This document shows positions 19,262 to 28,500 of a DNA stretch of 32,000 nucleotides, one piece after another. A program made the translations under genes and the position numbers. Source of the stretch: Methanocaldococcus jannaschii DSM 2661 (lineage in GTDB: Archaea > AGJL01 > Methanococci > Methanococcales > Methanocaldococcaceae); NCBI RefSeq assembly GCF_000091665.1, contig NC_000909.1:1130960-1162959 (forward strand). The letters run 5' to 3'. How positions within the stretch are numbered: position 1 is the first letter of the stretch; each line of letters starts with the position of its first letter. The notes beneath the pieces are model-generated. The model worked only from the letters and a program-made list of their open reading frames with translations. It was not told the origin of the DNA and did not search any database.

Positions 19262-19295
19262 CTGGCTTCAATTAGCCAGGGCTTGATTTGGACAT

Positions 19296-19371
19296 GCGCC
19301 GGTGGTGTAGCCTGGTATCACTCTGGCCTTCCAAGCCAGCGACCCGGGTTCAAATCCCGGCCGGCGCACCA
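19296..19371 (+). tRNA. tRNA-Gly (anticodon UCC), CCA encoded
   Basis: Acceptor stem GCGCCGG/CCGGCGC, anticodon arm CUGGC-CUUCCAA-GCCAG and T arm CCGGG-UUCAAAU-CCCGG, followed by A-CCA. Confidence 0.9.
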
Positions 19372-19386
19372 TAATTTATTTCCATA

Positions 19387-19520
19387 GGGGCAAAGCCCCT
19401 ATTGGTATACCCCAGAGCGGGGCTTCACTTCGTTCAGCCCCACTTTAATCTAAGAGGCATTGCTTCCTTAAAGGAAGCAATGCATCCGTTTTGATGAACC
19501 TTTTACTAAAAGGTTCGTTT
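19387..19520 (+). ncRNA. GC-rich, highly structured segment downstream of the tRNA-Gly pair (four hairpins); candidate co-transcribed small RNA or remnant of an inserted element
   Basis: Hairpin 1 is ggggc-aaa-gcccc (19387-19399). Hairpin 2 is gcggggct / agccccac (19417-19424 / 19436-19443). Hairpin 3 is gcattgcttcc-ttaaa-ggaagcaatgc (19457-19483, 11 bp perfect). Hairpin 4 is gaacctttt-act-aaaaggttc (19496-19516, 9 bp perfect). There is no ORF and the GC content is far above the surrounding intergenic DNA. Confidence 0.35.
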
Positions 19521-19541
19521 AAATCCTCGGCCGGCGCACCA
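19521..19541 (+). repeat. Direct repeat of the 3' end of tRNA-Gly(UCC)
   Basis: aaatccTcggccggcgcacca (19521-19541) compares with aaatcccggccggcgcacca (19352-19371). The two are identical except for one inserted T. The repeat is followed by a T-rich tract (atctttattttttatttt). Confidence 0.8.
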
Positions 19542-19614
19542 ATCTTTATTTTTTATTTTACATCTATATATTCATAAAGTTAAATTAATAAATTTAAATT
19601 ATTTCTGTGAGATT

Positions 19615-20295
19615 ATGAGAGTCCAGCTAATTTTACACTTAGAAATTCCAAAAGAAGTTTGTAGAAGCTTAGAGGTTGATAACTACATTAATAATAGCAT
19701 TGAAATTAATTTAAAATGTGAAAAAAAGCCCACATTGTATATAAAAACCCACTCCATTGGCTCATTAAAATCAATATTAGATGATTTCTTCAGATGTCAA
19801 AATGCAGCTATGGAGGTTTATAACTTAATAAAAACCTATACAATAAGAAATGTAACTAAAGATGACTTAGATGACTTTCTTGAGCTTTATTTTAAGGCAT
19901 ATAGGGGATTTGATAAATATTATTATAAAAAGAAAAAATGGGCAAGATGGTATTTTAAATGGTTGATGAAGAGAGATGAGGATGGATTTTTTGTTTGTGA
20001 AGTTAATGGAAAGCCTGTTGGTTTTGTTGCTTGTGATTGCAATTGGATAAGTAATATAGAAAAAAGAGAGGTTGCCGAAATCCATGAAATATTTGTTGAC
20101 CCAGATTTTAGGGGGAGAGGGATTGGAACCGCTCTAATAAACAAAGCTATTGAATATGCTAAAAAAAGAGGGAGGAGAATTGTTGAGTTGTGGGTTGGGG
20201 TAGAGAATAAAGGGGCTATAGAATTCTATAAAAGATTGGGTTTTGAGGAAAAAGAAGTCGTCAAAGGATGGTTAAGGATGGTAAAGAGAATTTAA
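19615..20295 (+). CDS. GNAT-family N-acetyltransferase with an extra N-terminal domain of about 70 aa (Pcc1-like by pattern)
   Basis: 226-aa ORF. The GNAT core runs from about residue 75, with motif A IFVDPDFRGRGIGTALINKAIEYAKKRG and then AIEFYKRLGFEE. The N-terminal 70 aa show a beta-beta-beta-alpha pattern (RVQLILHLEIP / IEINLKCE / TLYIKTHS / IGSLKSILDDFFRCQNAAMEVYNLI). Confidence 0.8.
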   Translation: MRVQLILHLEIPKEVCRSLEVDNYINNSIEINLKCEKKPTLYIKTHSIGSLKSILDDFFRCQNAAMEVYNLIKTYTIRNVTKDDLDDFLELYFKAYRGFDKYYYKKKKWARWYFKWLMKRDEDGFFVCEVNGKPVGFVACDCNWISNIEKREVAEIHEIFVDPDFRGRGIGTALINKAIEYAKKRGRRIVELWVGVENKGAIEFYKRLGFEEKEVVKGWLRMVKRI

Positions 20296-20415
20296 TAAAA
20301 TATTTTTTCTAATTTAGGGAGTTTTTAGCTTTCTATTTTATAAGAGGATTAACTTTAAATATAAAAAATTTATTTTATCATTTTACTTATTGATAATTAG
20401 GACATGGTGATATAG

Positions 20416-21636
20416 ATGAGAAACATAATTGTAAAAAAATTAGATGTTGAACCAATTGAAGAAAGACCAACTGAAATTGTTGAGAGGAAGGGATTGGGGC
20501 ATCCAGATTCAATTTGTGATGGTATTGCTGAGAGTGTTAGTAGGGCTTTATGTAAGATGTACATGGAGAAGTTTGGAACTATTTTGCACCACAATACAGA
20601 CCAAGTTGAGCTTGTAGGGGGACATGCATATCCTAAGTTTGGAGGAGGAGTAATGGTAAGCCCTATTTATATTTTATTATCTGGAAGAGCAACAATGGAA
20701 ATCTTAGATAAGGAGAAAAATGAAGTTATAAAGCTCCCAGTAGGAACAACTGCTGTTAAAGCTGCTAAAGAATATTTAAAGAAGGTTTTAAGAAATGTTG
20801 ATGTTGATAAAGATGTTATTATTGACTGCAGAATTGGGCAGGGAAGTATGGATTTAGTTGATGTCTTTGAGAGACAAAAGAATGAAGTTCCTTTAGCTAA
20901 TGATACATCATTTGGAGTAGGTTATGCTCCATTATCAACAACAGAGAGGTTAGTTTTAGAAACAGAGAGATTTTTAAATAGTGATGAGTTAAAGAATGAG
21001 ATTCCAGCTGTAGGAGAGGACATAAAGGTTATGGGATTAAGAGAGGGTAAGAAGATAACTTTAACCATTGCTATGGCTGTTGTTGATAGGTATGTTAAAA
21101 ATATTGAGGAATATAAGGAAGTTATTGAAAAGGTTAGAAAGAAGGTTGAAGATTTAGCTAAGAAGATAGCTGATGGATATGAGGTTGAAATTCATATAAA
21201 TACAGCAGATGATTATGAGAGGGAGAGTGTCTATCTAACAGTTACTGGAACATCAGCAGAGATGGGGGATGATGGTTCAGTTGGGAGAGGAAATAGAGTT
21301 AATGGATTGATAACTCCATTCAGACCTATGAGTATGGAGGCAGCAAGTGGTAAAAACCCAGTAAATCACGTTGGTAAAATCTACAATATCTTAGCAAACT
21401 TAATAGCAAACGATATTGCCAAATTGGAAGGAGTTAAAGAGTGCTATGTTAGAATATTAAGCCAAATTGGTAAGCCAATCAATGAGCCAAAGGCTTTAGA
21501 TATAGAAATTATAACTGAAGATAGCTATGATATAAAGGATATTGAACCAAAAGCAAAAGAGATAGCCAATAAATGGTTAGATAACATCATGGAAGTTCAA
21601 AAGATGATTGTTGAAGGAAAAGTAACTACATTCTAA
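20416..21636 (+). CDS. mat: Archaeal-type S-adenosylmethionine synthetase
   Basis: 406-aa ORF. The GGTGAT SD ends 5 nt upstream (ggtgat-ataga-ATG). The N-terminal [17 protein letters not shown] motif and overall length are typical of archaeal MAT. Confidence 0.9.
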   Translation: MRNIIVKKLDVEPIEERPTEIVERKGLGHPDSICDGIAESVSRALCKMYMEKFGTILHHNTDQVELVGGHAYPKFGGGVMVSPIYILLSGRATMEILDKEKNEVIKLPVGTTAVKAAKEYLKKVLRNVDVDKDVIIDCRIGQGSMDLVDVFERQKNEVPLANDTSFGVGYAPLSTTERLVLETERFLNSDELKNEIPAVGEDIKVMGLREGKKITLTIAMAVVDRYVKNIEEYKEVIEKVRKKVEDLAKKIADGYEVEIHINTADDYERESVYLTVTGTSAEMGDDGSVGRGNRVNGLITPFRPMSMEAASGKNPVNHVGKIYNILANLIANDIAKLEGVKECYVRILSQIGKPINEPKALDIEIITEDSYDIKDIEPKAKEIANKWLDNIMEVQKMIVEGKVTTF

Positions 21637-21647
21637 ATCTAAATAAA

Positions 21648-22304
21648 TTATAATTTCTTAGAAATTTCTATAATGTCTTCAACAATTTTTCCAAAATGTT
21701 TTGCTTTTTCTGTTTCTTCAAAGTCCTCTTTTAGGAAATATATTCCATCAAGTTCGTATTCTAAGATTATTCTCATCTTTTTAGGTTTTCCATTTGGACA
21801 TTTATAAGAAATTTCATTGTCTTTATCTGGAGTGGCTAAGAATACCTTTATATGTGAAGTTACTGGGGACTCTTTCAATTTTAGTTTCCAATATGTTGTT
21901 TCAAATCTTCTTTCTCTAAAAGAATTTTTAACTGAAATGATTGCTATTATTTTTATATCATTATTTTCAACTTTATAAACAATAACATCTGCATCTGGAA
22001 GGAAAAGATATTCACCATAATTTATGGCTATCAATCTTTTAACTTTATCCAATTCTTCTGGTAAATTTCTATTATTTAAAGCTTTGTCAGTAGTTACTTT
22101 TAATCCGCTATCTTTTAAAAATTTTTTAAGTAGATTGTAAATAACATCTTGAATTCTATGTCCAATGTAAGTTCTCCATGATTGATTTGCCTTATTTACC
22201 GCATCATCCTTAGAAAAACCTTGTTTTAAATATTCTTCAACTTTATTTCTAATGTATTCTTCCCTCTCTTTTTCTAAAATCTTAGATATGTGGTTTATTT
22301 CCAT
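21648..22304 (-). CDS. Putative type II restriction endonuclease, partner of the adjacent methyltransferase
   Basis: The ORF is open from ATG 22328, but ATG 22304 (MEINHISKILEKE...) overlaps the methyltransferase stop (TTATGGAAATAA). A candidate PD...(S)xK nuclease motif is present (LFLPDADVIVYKVENNDIKIIAIISVKNS). The call rests mainly on operon context. Confidence 0.5.
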   Translation of the reverse strand: MEINHISKILEKEREEYIRNKVEEYLKQGFSKDDAVNKANQSWRTYIGHRIQDVIYNLLKKFLKDSGLKVTTDKALNNRNLPEELDKVKRLIAINYGEYLFLPDADVIVYKVENNDIKIIAIISVKNSFRERRFETTYWKLKLKESPVTSHIKVFLATPDKDNEISYKCPNGKPKKMRIILEYELDGIYFLKEDFEETEKAKHFGKIVEDIIEISKKL

Positions 22305-23103
22305 AATAAACCCTCCAAAGTGCAACATTCTCTTGAGACTCTTTTTATTGCTAATTCAAAATATTTCTCATCTATTTCTACACCAATAGCTTTTCTTCTC
22401 AATTTATATGCGGCTATTGCTGTTGTTCCACTGCCCAAGAATGGGTCTAAGACAGTATCTCCCACATAGCTAAAAAGTTTAATACATCTTTTTGGGAGTT
22501 CTAACGGAAATGGTGCTGGATGTCCAATTCTTTTTTACTCTCCCCCGGAAAAGTCCATAAACCATTAGTCCATTCAATGAATTCTTCCTTAGTTATATCA
22601 GATTCTCCTTTTGAAAGCTTTTTCCAGCTTTCTTTATATAGAACTACAATAGTTTCAACTGGAGCAATAACATAAGGAGCAGAAGCACTCATAAAGCTAC
22701 CCCACGCTGTTCTCCTTGATATATTTTGTTCATTCCATATAATTGTTGTTTGATATTTAAATCCAACATCTAAGGCAATTTTAACTATATCGGCATAGAC
22801 TGGTTTTATCCCTCCTTTATTTTTATCTAATGGGATATTTAAGCAAAGCCGTCCATCCTTTTTTAAAAGAGTTAGTGCCTTTTTTAACCATTGTTTTGTC
22901 CAATCTAAGTATTCCTCATAAGGAATTGTATCATCGTGTTGGTTGTAGTCAATTCCTACATTATATGGAGGAGAAGTAACTATTAAATCAATACTTTCAT
23001 TAGGTAAATCCACATTTAAAAAATCATCATTTATTAGAGTTATTCCATTGATTTTATTCCAGATTTTCACAATAATCACCTTCATTGAAAGATTAACACT
23101 CAA
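22295..23103 (-). pseudogene. Beta-class N4-cytosine/N6-adenine DNA methyltransferase interrupted by a 1-nt frameshift at an A6 run (22531-22536)
   Basis: Frame A (23103-22501) carries motif IV IVTSPPYNVG and ends ...LWTFPGESKKELDIQHHFR-stop. A second frame, open from 22534 to TAA 22297-22295, encodes KRIGHPAPFPLELPKRCIKLFSYVGDTVLDPFLGSGTTAIAAYKLRRKAIGVEIDEKYFELAIKRV..., which is the HPAxFP region and AdoMet motif I. One extra A in the run would fuse the two into a 269-aa protein. Confidence 0.8.
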
Positions 23104-23182
23104 AATGGATTTAAATTTTTAATAAAATAAGGGAAAACCATTAAAATTAAAAAAAGAGAAGATAATATTTAAAGTTAATTGT

Positions 23183-23959
23183 TTATCCAATGTATCTTAA
23201 ATCCTCTTCACTTGGTGGTTTTGCCTGGGCAGCTTTTAGCATCTCTTCTTCAAACTTCTTAATCTTCTCAATAAACTGCTCCATGCCCTTGGCTCTCTTC
23301 TCCAACTCTTCCATATTAATCTCTATATTTTCAAGCTTGCAGAACTTTTCTAAAACTGCTTTTGCAGCATTTGGGTCTATTAGATAGCCTGGAGTTTCTC
23401 CCATTAAGCAGATTCCAGGAATTCCATTTAAATCTGCAAACATCAGCATTAAACCAGCAGCTCCAACAATTCCTCCCCCATCAGTTCTGAATAAGATATC
23501 ATGCTCTTTTAACTTTTTAGCAAGTTCTTTTGATGTTGTAGCTCCATAAACTTTAACTTCTTCGCATAGCTTTCCAACTCCAAAGCCACCTAAGGTATAG
23601 ACAAAGTTAGCTCCATACTCTATGCCTATTTTAACAATCTCTTCAGCTAAGTGGTATTGACCAATTGGGGATAACGCTTGAGTGTTGCCCAAAACAACAA
23701 TCATTGGCTTTGGCTCTCTAATTGCATAGAATTCGGCACACATATATTCAATAGTTCCATCATCTTTAACCAAAACTTGTGGTGGGAAGTCATAACAGAA
23801 GAGTTCTAAAAACTTCTCTCCTTTAAATTCATGGACTAAATGCTCAGCTGCCAATCTACCAACGTGTCCAATTCCTGGCAGTCCTTCAATTAATAACGCA
23901 TTTTCTAATGGTTCGATGTCTTTTACCTTTCTTGTGATAATTTTAACCATAAACATCAC
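23183..23959 (-). CDS. PAC2-family protein (proteasome assembly chaperone-like)
   Basis: 258-aa ORF with the LIEGLPGIGHVGRLAAEHL motif near the N-terminus and an acidic, coiled C-terminal tail, as in archaeal PAC2/PbaA-like proteins. This is a by-eye family call. Confidence 0.55.
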   Translation of the reverse strand: MMFMVKIITRKVKDIEPLENALLIEGLPGIGHVGRLAAEHLVHEFKGEKFLELFCYDFPPQVLVKDDGTIEYMCAEFYAIREPKPMIVVLGNTQALSPIGQYHLAEEIVKIGIEYGANFVYTLGGFGVGKLCEEVKVYGATTSKELAKKLKEHDILFRTDGGGIVGAAGLMLMFADLNGIPGICLMGETPGYLIDPNAAKAVLEKFCKLENIEINMEELEKRAKGMEQFIEKIKKFEEEMLKAAQAKPPSEEDLRYIG

Positions 23960-23977
23960 CTTAATAATTTATTATCA

Positions 23978-24607
23978 TTAGAGCTTTTTATATTTTTTTG
24001 CAAACTCCCTTATAAATTTTATTTCATCAATTCCAATATTTAGATTTTCTCTTATGGTTTTTGCTATTCTTCCTTCTCCAAACAATAAAGCTATAGCTCC
24101 AGTGAAGTTTTTCGTGGTTTTCTTTTCCTTAGCTTTGTCAAAATCAATGATGTAGGTTTTTTTATTGGTAATTAAAAAATGCCTCCCTCCCTGTATCTCC
24201 TTATGCTCAATCCCCAAGATATCAAGTTTTAGAGTAATTTTTAAAATATCCTCAACTACTTTTAGCAATCTATCTTTATCTAATTTATCAACGGCTGATT
24301 TTAACTCCTCTCCATCTATAAATTCCATGATTAAATAATCGCTATCAAATTCATAAACCTTTGGAGCTATGTCATATTTTTCTAAGAGTTTTAAAATCTT
24401 TGCCTCATGTTCTATGGTGTTTTTTGGGCTGTCTGTTCTTGGGATTTTTATGGCTACCTCCTTGTTATTGTATATGCCTTTTAATACAACCCCTCTATGT
24501 CCTTTTCCTAAAACATCTACAATTTTTACTCCTTTATTTTCTAATTTGTTTATTGCATCTTTATTTAAAATATTCTCTGGGATTTTTTTGAGGATTTCTT
24601 TGTTGAT
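23978..24607 (-). CDS. Small atypical protein-kinase-like protein (RIO/Bud32-like size and motifs); the N-lobe lies upstream of the first ATG
   Basis: The ORF track gives only 23978-24328 (MEFIDGE...). The same frame stays open up to 24613 and encodes a Gly-rich loop VLGKGHRGVVLKG and a VAIK lysine motif KEVAIKIPR. Downstream are IEHKEIQGGRHF (catalytic-loop position) and YIIDFDKA (DFG position). The only start-like codon behind the GGTGAT SD is ATC at 24607-24605. Confidence 0.6.
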   Translation of the reverse strand: MNKEILKKIPENILNKDAINKLENKGVKIVDVLGKGHRGVVLKGIYNNKEVAIKIPRTDSPKNTIEHEAKILKLLEKYDIAPKVYEFDSDYLIMEFIDGEELKSAVDKLDKDRLLKVVEDILKITLKLDILGIEHKEIQGGRHFLITNKKTYIIDFDKAKEKKTTKNFTGAIALLFGEGRIAKTIRENLNIGIDEIKFIREFAKKYKKL

Positions 24608-24609
24608 TG

Positions 24610-25215
24610 TTAATCACCTCTTATATATTTGATTATTCCATAAATAGCGTAGATTAAACACAACATTAAAGCAAAGTGTGGGATTCCAACTATAGCCAAA
24701 CATAAGGAGACAGCAAATATATAGATAAATATCTTATTAGGATACTTCGGATATTTTATATCACTAATCATCAAAAGCCCTATTAATATTGCCAATATTG
24801 AGTTAATTAAATAGCTATTAATTAATTGGCAGAATCCAACTAACAATAAAGCTCCTGCAGGAATTGGCAAGCCAATAAAACCTTTAACATTCAAAATCCC
24901 AAACCTTGCCAATCTTAAAGCTCCACAGAGGCAGAATATTATTGCTGATATCAAAGCTAAGTTTGATTCAAAGTTGTTATATAATAGATAAGCAGGAGCT
25001 ACTCCAAAGCTAACTACATCTGAAATACTGTCTAACTCAGCCCCAAAGTCAGAGACAGTTCCAGTTTTTCTTGCTACATATCCATCTAAAGAATCAAAGA
25101 TTATTGAGAGGTAGATTAATGAAAAGCTATTTAGTAAGATAGCTAAAAGTCCTGTTATGATATTCAGCATTGTTACATAGTCAGAGATTGTTATTATCTT
25201 TCTTATGCTAAACAT
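24610..25215 (-). CDS. pssA: CDP-alcohol phosphatidyltransferase (phosphatidylserine/archaetidylserine synthase type)
   Basis: 201-aa membrane ORF carrying the CDP-OH-P transferase motif DSLDGYVARKTGTVSDFGAELDSISD. Confidence 0.85.
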   Translation of the reverse strand: MFSIRKIITISDYVTMLNIITGLLAILLNSFSLIYLSIIFDSLDGYVARKTGTVSDFGAELDSISDVVSFGVAPAYLLYNNFESNLALISAIIFCLCGALRLARFGILNVKGFIGLPIPAGALLLVGFCQLINSYLINSILAILIGLLMISDIKYPKYPNKIFIYIFAVSLCLAIVGIPHFALMLCLIYAIYGIIKYIRGD

Positions 25216-25225
25216 ACTCCCTCCT

Positions 25226-25558
25226 TTATTTTTTCTGATGCAGTTTGTTTATAAGGTTTATTAAAATTGCTTCTTTATTTGGAAATAAAAATAAAAGTTC
25301 TTCTTCAAATTCATTTATGTGATATTTTCCATATTTTAGATGTAGAAGCTCATGAGCCAAAATAAACCTTATTTCTTCATCACTTAAATAAGGCAGTATA
25401 TTTTTATTTATATAAATTGTCTTATTGGTCAATGAGATAGAGGCAATTTTTCTTTTAAGTGGCTTTATTTTGATTTTTATGTTTGCTTTTTTGTCATTTA
25501 GGTTTAGTTCATTTATTGTATTACTCAATATTTCGTTTAATATTTTTCTATCTTTCAT
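25226..25558 (-). CDS. Small HExxH zinc-metallopeptidase-like protein (mini DUF45/YgjP-like)
   Basis: 110-aa ORF containing ILAHELLHLKYGKYH (HExxH followed by a downstream His). It lies immediately downstream of hsdR with a 9-nt gap. Confidence 0.55.
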   Translation of the reverse strand: MKDRKILNEILSNTINELNLNDKKANIKIKIKPLKRKIASISLTNKTIYINKNILPYLSDEEIRFILAHELLHLKYGKYHINEFEEELLFLFPNKEAILINLINKLHQKK

Positions 25559-25567
25559 TATATCACA

Positions 25568-28500
25568 TTAAATAAAAATTGGTTTAATAATTTCTTCAAC
25601 TATTTTATTTGATACTTTTCTTCTTTTTTCAGTTTCTTTAATAGCATTTTTCAAATCAACAAATAAGAATTTCTTAATTTTATCAAAATCACTTGGTTTT
25701 ATTAATTTTTTATCTTCCAAATTTTTTAAGGTCTTTTCAGTTAGTGGAAGTTTTTTAATATTGCAGTTCTCTACATTCTTTAAATAAAACAGCATATTTT
25801 TTATTGCCTTTTCTGATTTTGATAATGTTTTTTCCTCCTCTTCGTAGGTTTTTAATGCATTTAAGCAATTTATTAGTTCATTAATCACATACTCATTTTT
25901 TTTAGTTTTTGAAATATATGCGTTTTTTAACTCGTTTATTCTGTCGTATATCATCCTATATATTGGCTCTTTTTTATTTTGAAGTGTATCTAAAGCATAA
26001 TAGATCATATCTGCAACTATTACATTAATTTCATCTTTATTTTTTAAATTCTCCAATAGTTGAGGATTTATTGAGGTTGAAGCAATGTCTGCATAAGTAT
26101 CAAACTCTAAATATTTTATTACTTCCTTTTTTATTTGATTGTAAGGAATTTTATAACTTTTAGGTCTCATCTGCTTATTTATTCCAGCAGATATTATTTT
26201 TAGCCATTCATAGGTTTCGTAATAATTTAACTTTTCTCCATAAGCCCCAACAGCCTCAAATAATTGAATAAGTTCTCTAAGTTTTGCATAGAAATAGTCA
26301 AATTTATCACTTAGGATAATTTTGCTTATAATTTTTTTAAATTCTTTTGAGTTTTTCTGTTTTTTTAGATTTACAATGAAATCATCAAACTCAATCCCTA
26401 CAATTAACTTAAACAACTCTTTAAACTCATTTAACTTCGTTAAAAAGCTCTCCCAGATTTTTGATGTTTCAACAAATAAGTTGTTTAAAATATCCTTATT
26501 TATTGCTTCATCTCTGTATAGGTTATAGTTCTCAATTGCCTTTTTGTAGTTTTCAATTAATATTCCTGTTAAATCAACAATAAGTCCATATTTTTTATTT
26601 TTTGCTGGTCTGTTTGCCCTTGCAGATGCTTGAAGTAAGAGATAATCTTTAAGAAATTGGTGGATGTAGATAGTTTTTAATATTGGAGCATCAAAACCGG
26701 TCAATAGTTTTTTATTGACAATTAAAATTTTTGGATTTTCTTTATTTATAAAATCTTCAGTCCATTTTTTGTTTAATTCATCTACATTTTTACCATATTT
26801 TTTTTCAATCTCTTTTTTATAATTCTCAATTTCTACATCATCATTGTGAATATATGTAATAACAACCTGAGTCCAGTTCTCATTGTAGTTTTTTATTTTT
26901 TCCTTAAGATATTCGTCTAAATATTTTTTAAACAAAATGCATGATTTTCTATCTTGAGCTACAACCATGGCTTTGAATTTAAAGTTTTCAGTGTCTTCTA
27001 AAATATGCTCTGCTATGTATTTTGATGCCTCTTTTATACTGCTTTCACTTTTTAATAAATCAGATAATTTTATTTTCTCGGCAATTTCTTTTTTGGATAC
27101 AACAATCTTATCAGCATCTTCTTCATCAACAAACAATTTTTCTATAATGTTTTTTATTTCTTCCTCTGAGATATCTTTTATATCCTCTGGTTTAACAACT
27201 CTCCAGATTAAAGGCAAAGTAAAGCCCTCTTTTATCGATTCCTCAATAAAAAACCTATCTAAATAAAACTCTCCTTCTTGTGGATAGGCATATTCTTTAA
27301 ATGTGCTCATATCTTTTTTATGAACGGGAGTTCCAGTAAAACCAATGGCAATGGCGTTTTTTAAAATTTTGTTTCTTAGGGTGGCAAATTTACCTGATTC
27401 AGTTCTATGAGCTTCATCCCTCAAAATCAAAATTTCTTTTTTATCAATTGAGCCAAAAGATTCTATAAAGTCCTTTAATTTATTTTTATCAAATTTGTGC
27501 ATCATAACCAAATAAACGCCCTTCTCTGAAATATTTGGGTTATTTTCTGACTCTTTTATGTCCTCTAAAACTCCTTTAAGTTCTTCAACACTGTTAATTT
27601 TTTTGAAGCAATCTTTAAAATTCGCATTTTGTAAGGCAATGATATCATCATTAAATTGAGTCTCTAACTCTCTCCTATCCACCATTATAAAAACAATAGG
27701 GTCTTTGTTTTTAAATTCATTATAAAATAACTCCGCCAAATATAAAATTTCGAAGGTTTTTCCACTACCTTGCCAATGCCAAACTAATCCCCTATTTTTA
27801 TAATCTTTGTTGTTTAGGTAGTTGGTTATTCTTTCATAAGCTTTTTTTACTGCCCAATATTGCATATATCTCGGGATAATTTTAGTTTTTCTTCCAGCCC
27901 TGTCTTTACTAAAAAATATAAAGTTCTTTATTGTATCTAAAACTCTCTCCCTTTTTAATAAATCCCAAATATCTTCCTCTTTTTTCTCATTTTTCCATTT
28001 GTATGGCTTTTTAAATCTATCTTCTTTTTCTTCGTTTGGATATGTTGGGATATAAAGTTTTTCATCTCCATAAACAATGGCAAACTGCACATAGTTGAAT
28101 AGTTTAGGAGCTTCCCTTTCATATCTATTTATTTGATTTATCGCCTCTTCATAAGTTTCTTTTTCAGAAAATTCTCTTTTTGCCTCTATAATAATTATGG
28201 GAATTCCATTAATAAATAGGGTAAAATCTGGGATAATGTTGTCGTTTCCTTTAAATTTCAATTCGTGGGCATAATTGAAGATATTTTTCTCAATATTTTT
28301 ATAATCAATTAATTTAACTCTATTAGAAACTTGCCCTTTTCTTCCCTTATCTAAGGTTATTAATATTCCATTTTTAATATAATCTAAAATCTCCTCTGGT
28401 TTTGGTTCATTTATTAGTTTATTTATTGCTTTCTCAATAAATTCATCTTTATATTCTCCTATGTGGTCGTTTATAATTTTTAGTTGCTCCTCTAATATTG

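Noticed and set aside
19262-19279. Spacer hairpin ctggct-tcaatt-agccag between the two tRNAs, resembling the anticodon arm of the second tRNA.
   Set aside because: It is only 6 bp and may simply be a processing-site structure in the pre-tRNA. There is too little information for a separate call.
19163-19387. 74-aa ORF on the + strand covering the two tRNA-Gly genes.
   Set aside because: It is fully explained by the GC-rich tRNA sequences and has no independent coding evidence.
19387-19541. A third, functional tRNA (or intron-containing or split tRNA) ending at 19541.
   Set aside because: Only the acceptor 3' strand and part of the T arm are present. There is no matching 5' acceptor strand (gcgccgg), D arm or anticodon arm in 19372-19520, and the T-stem cannot be formed.
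24361-24632. Two overlapping + strand ORFs (76 and 87 aa) in the apparent gap between the kinase-like ORF and pssA.
   Set aside because: They are antisense to a frame that encodes clear kinase N-lobe motifs. Their own translations are hydrophobic and low-complexity with no motif.
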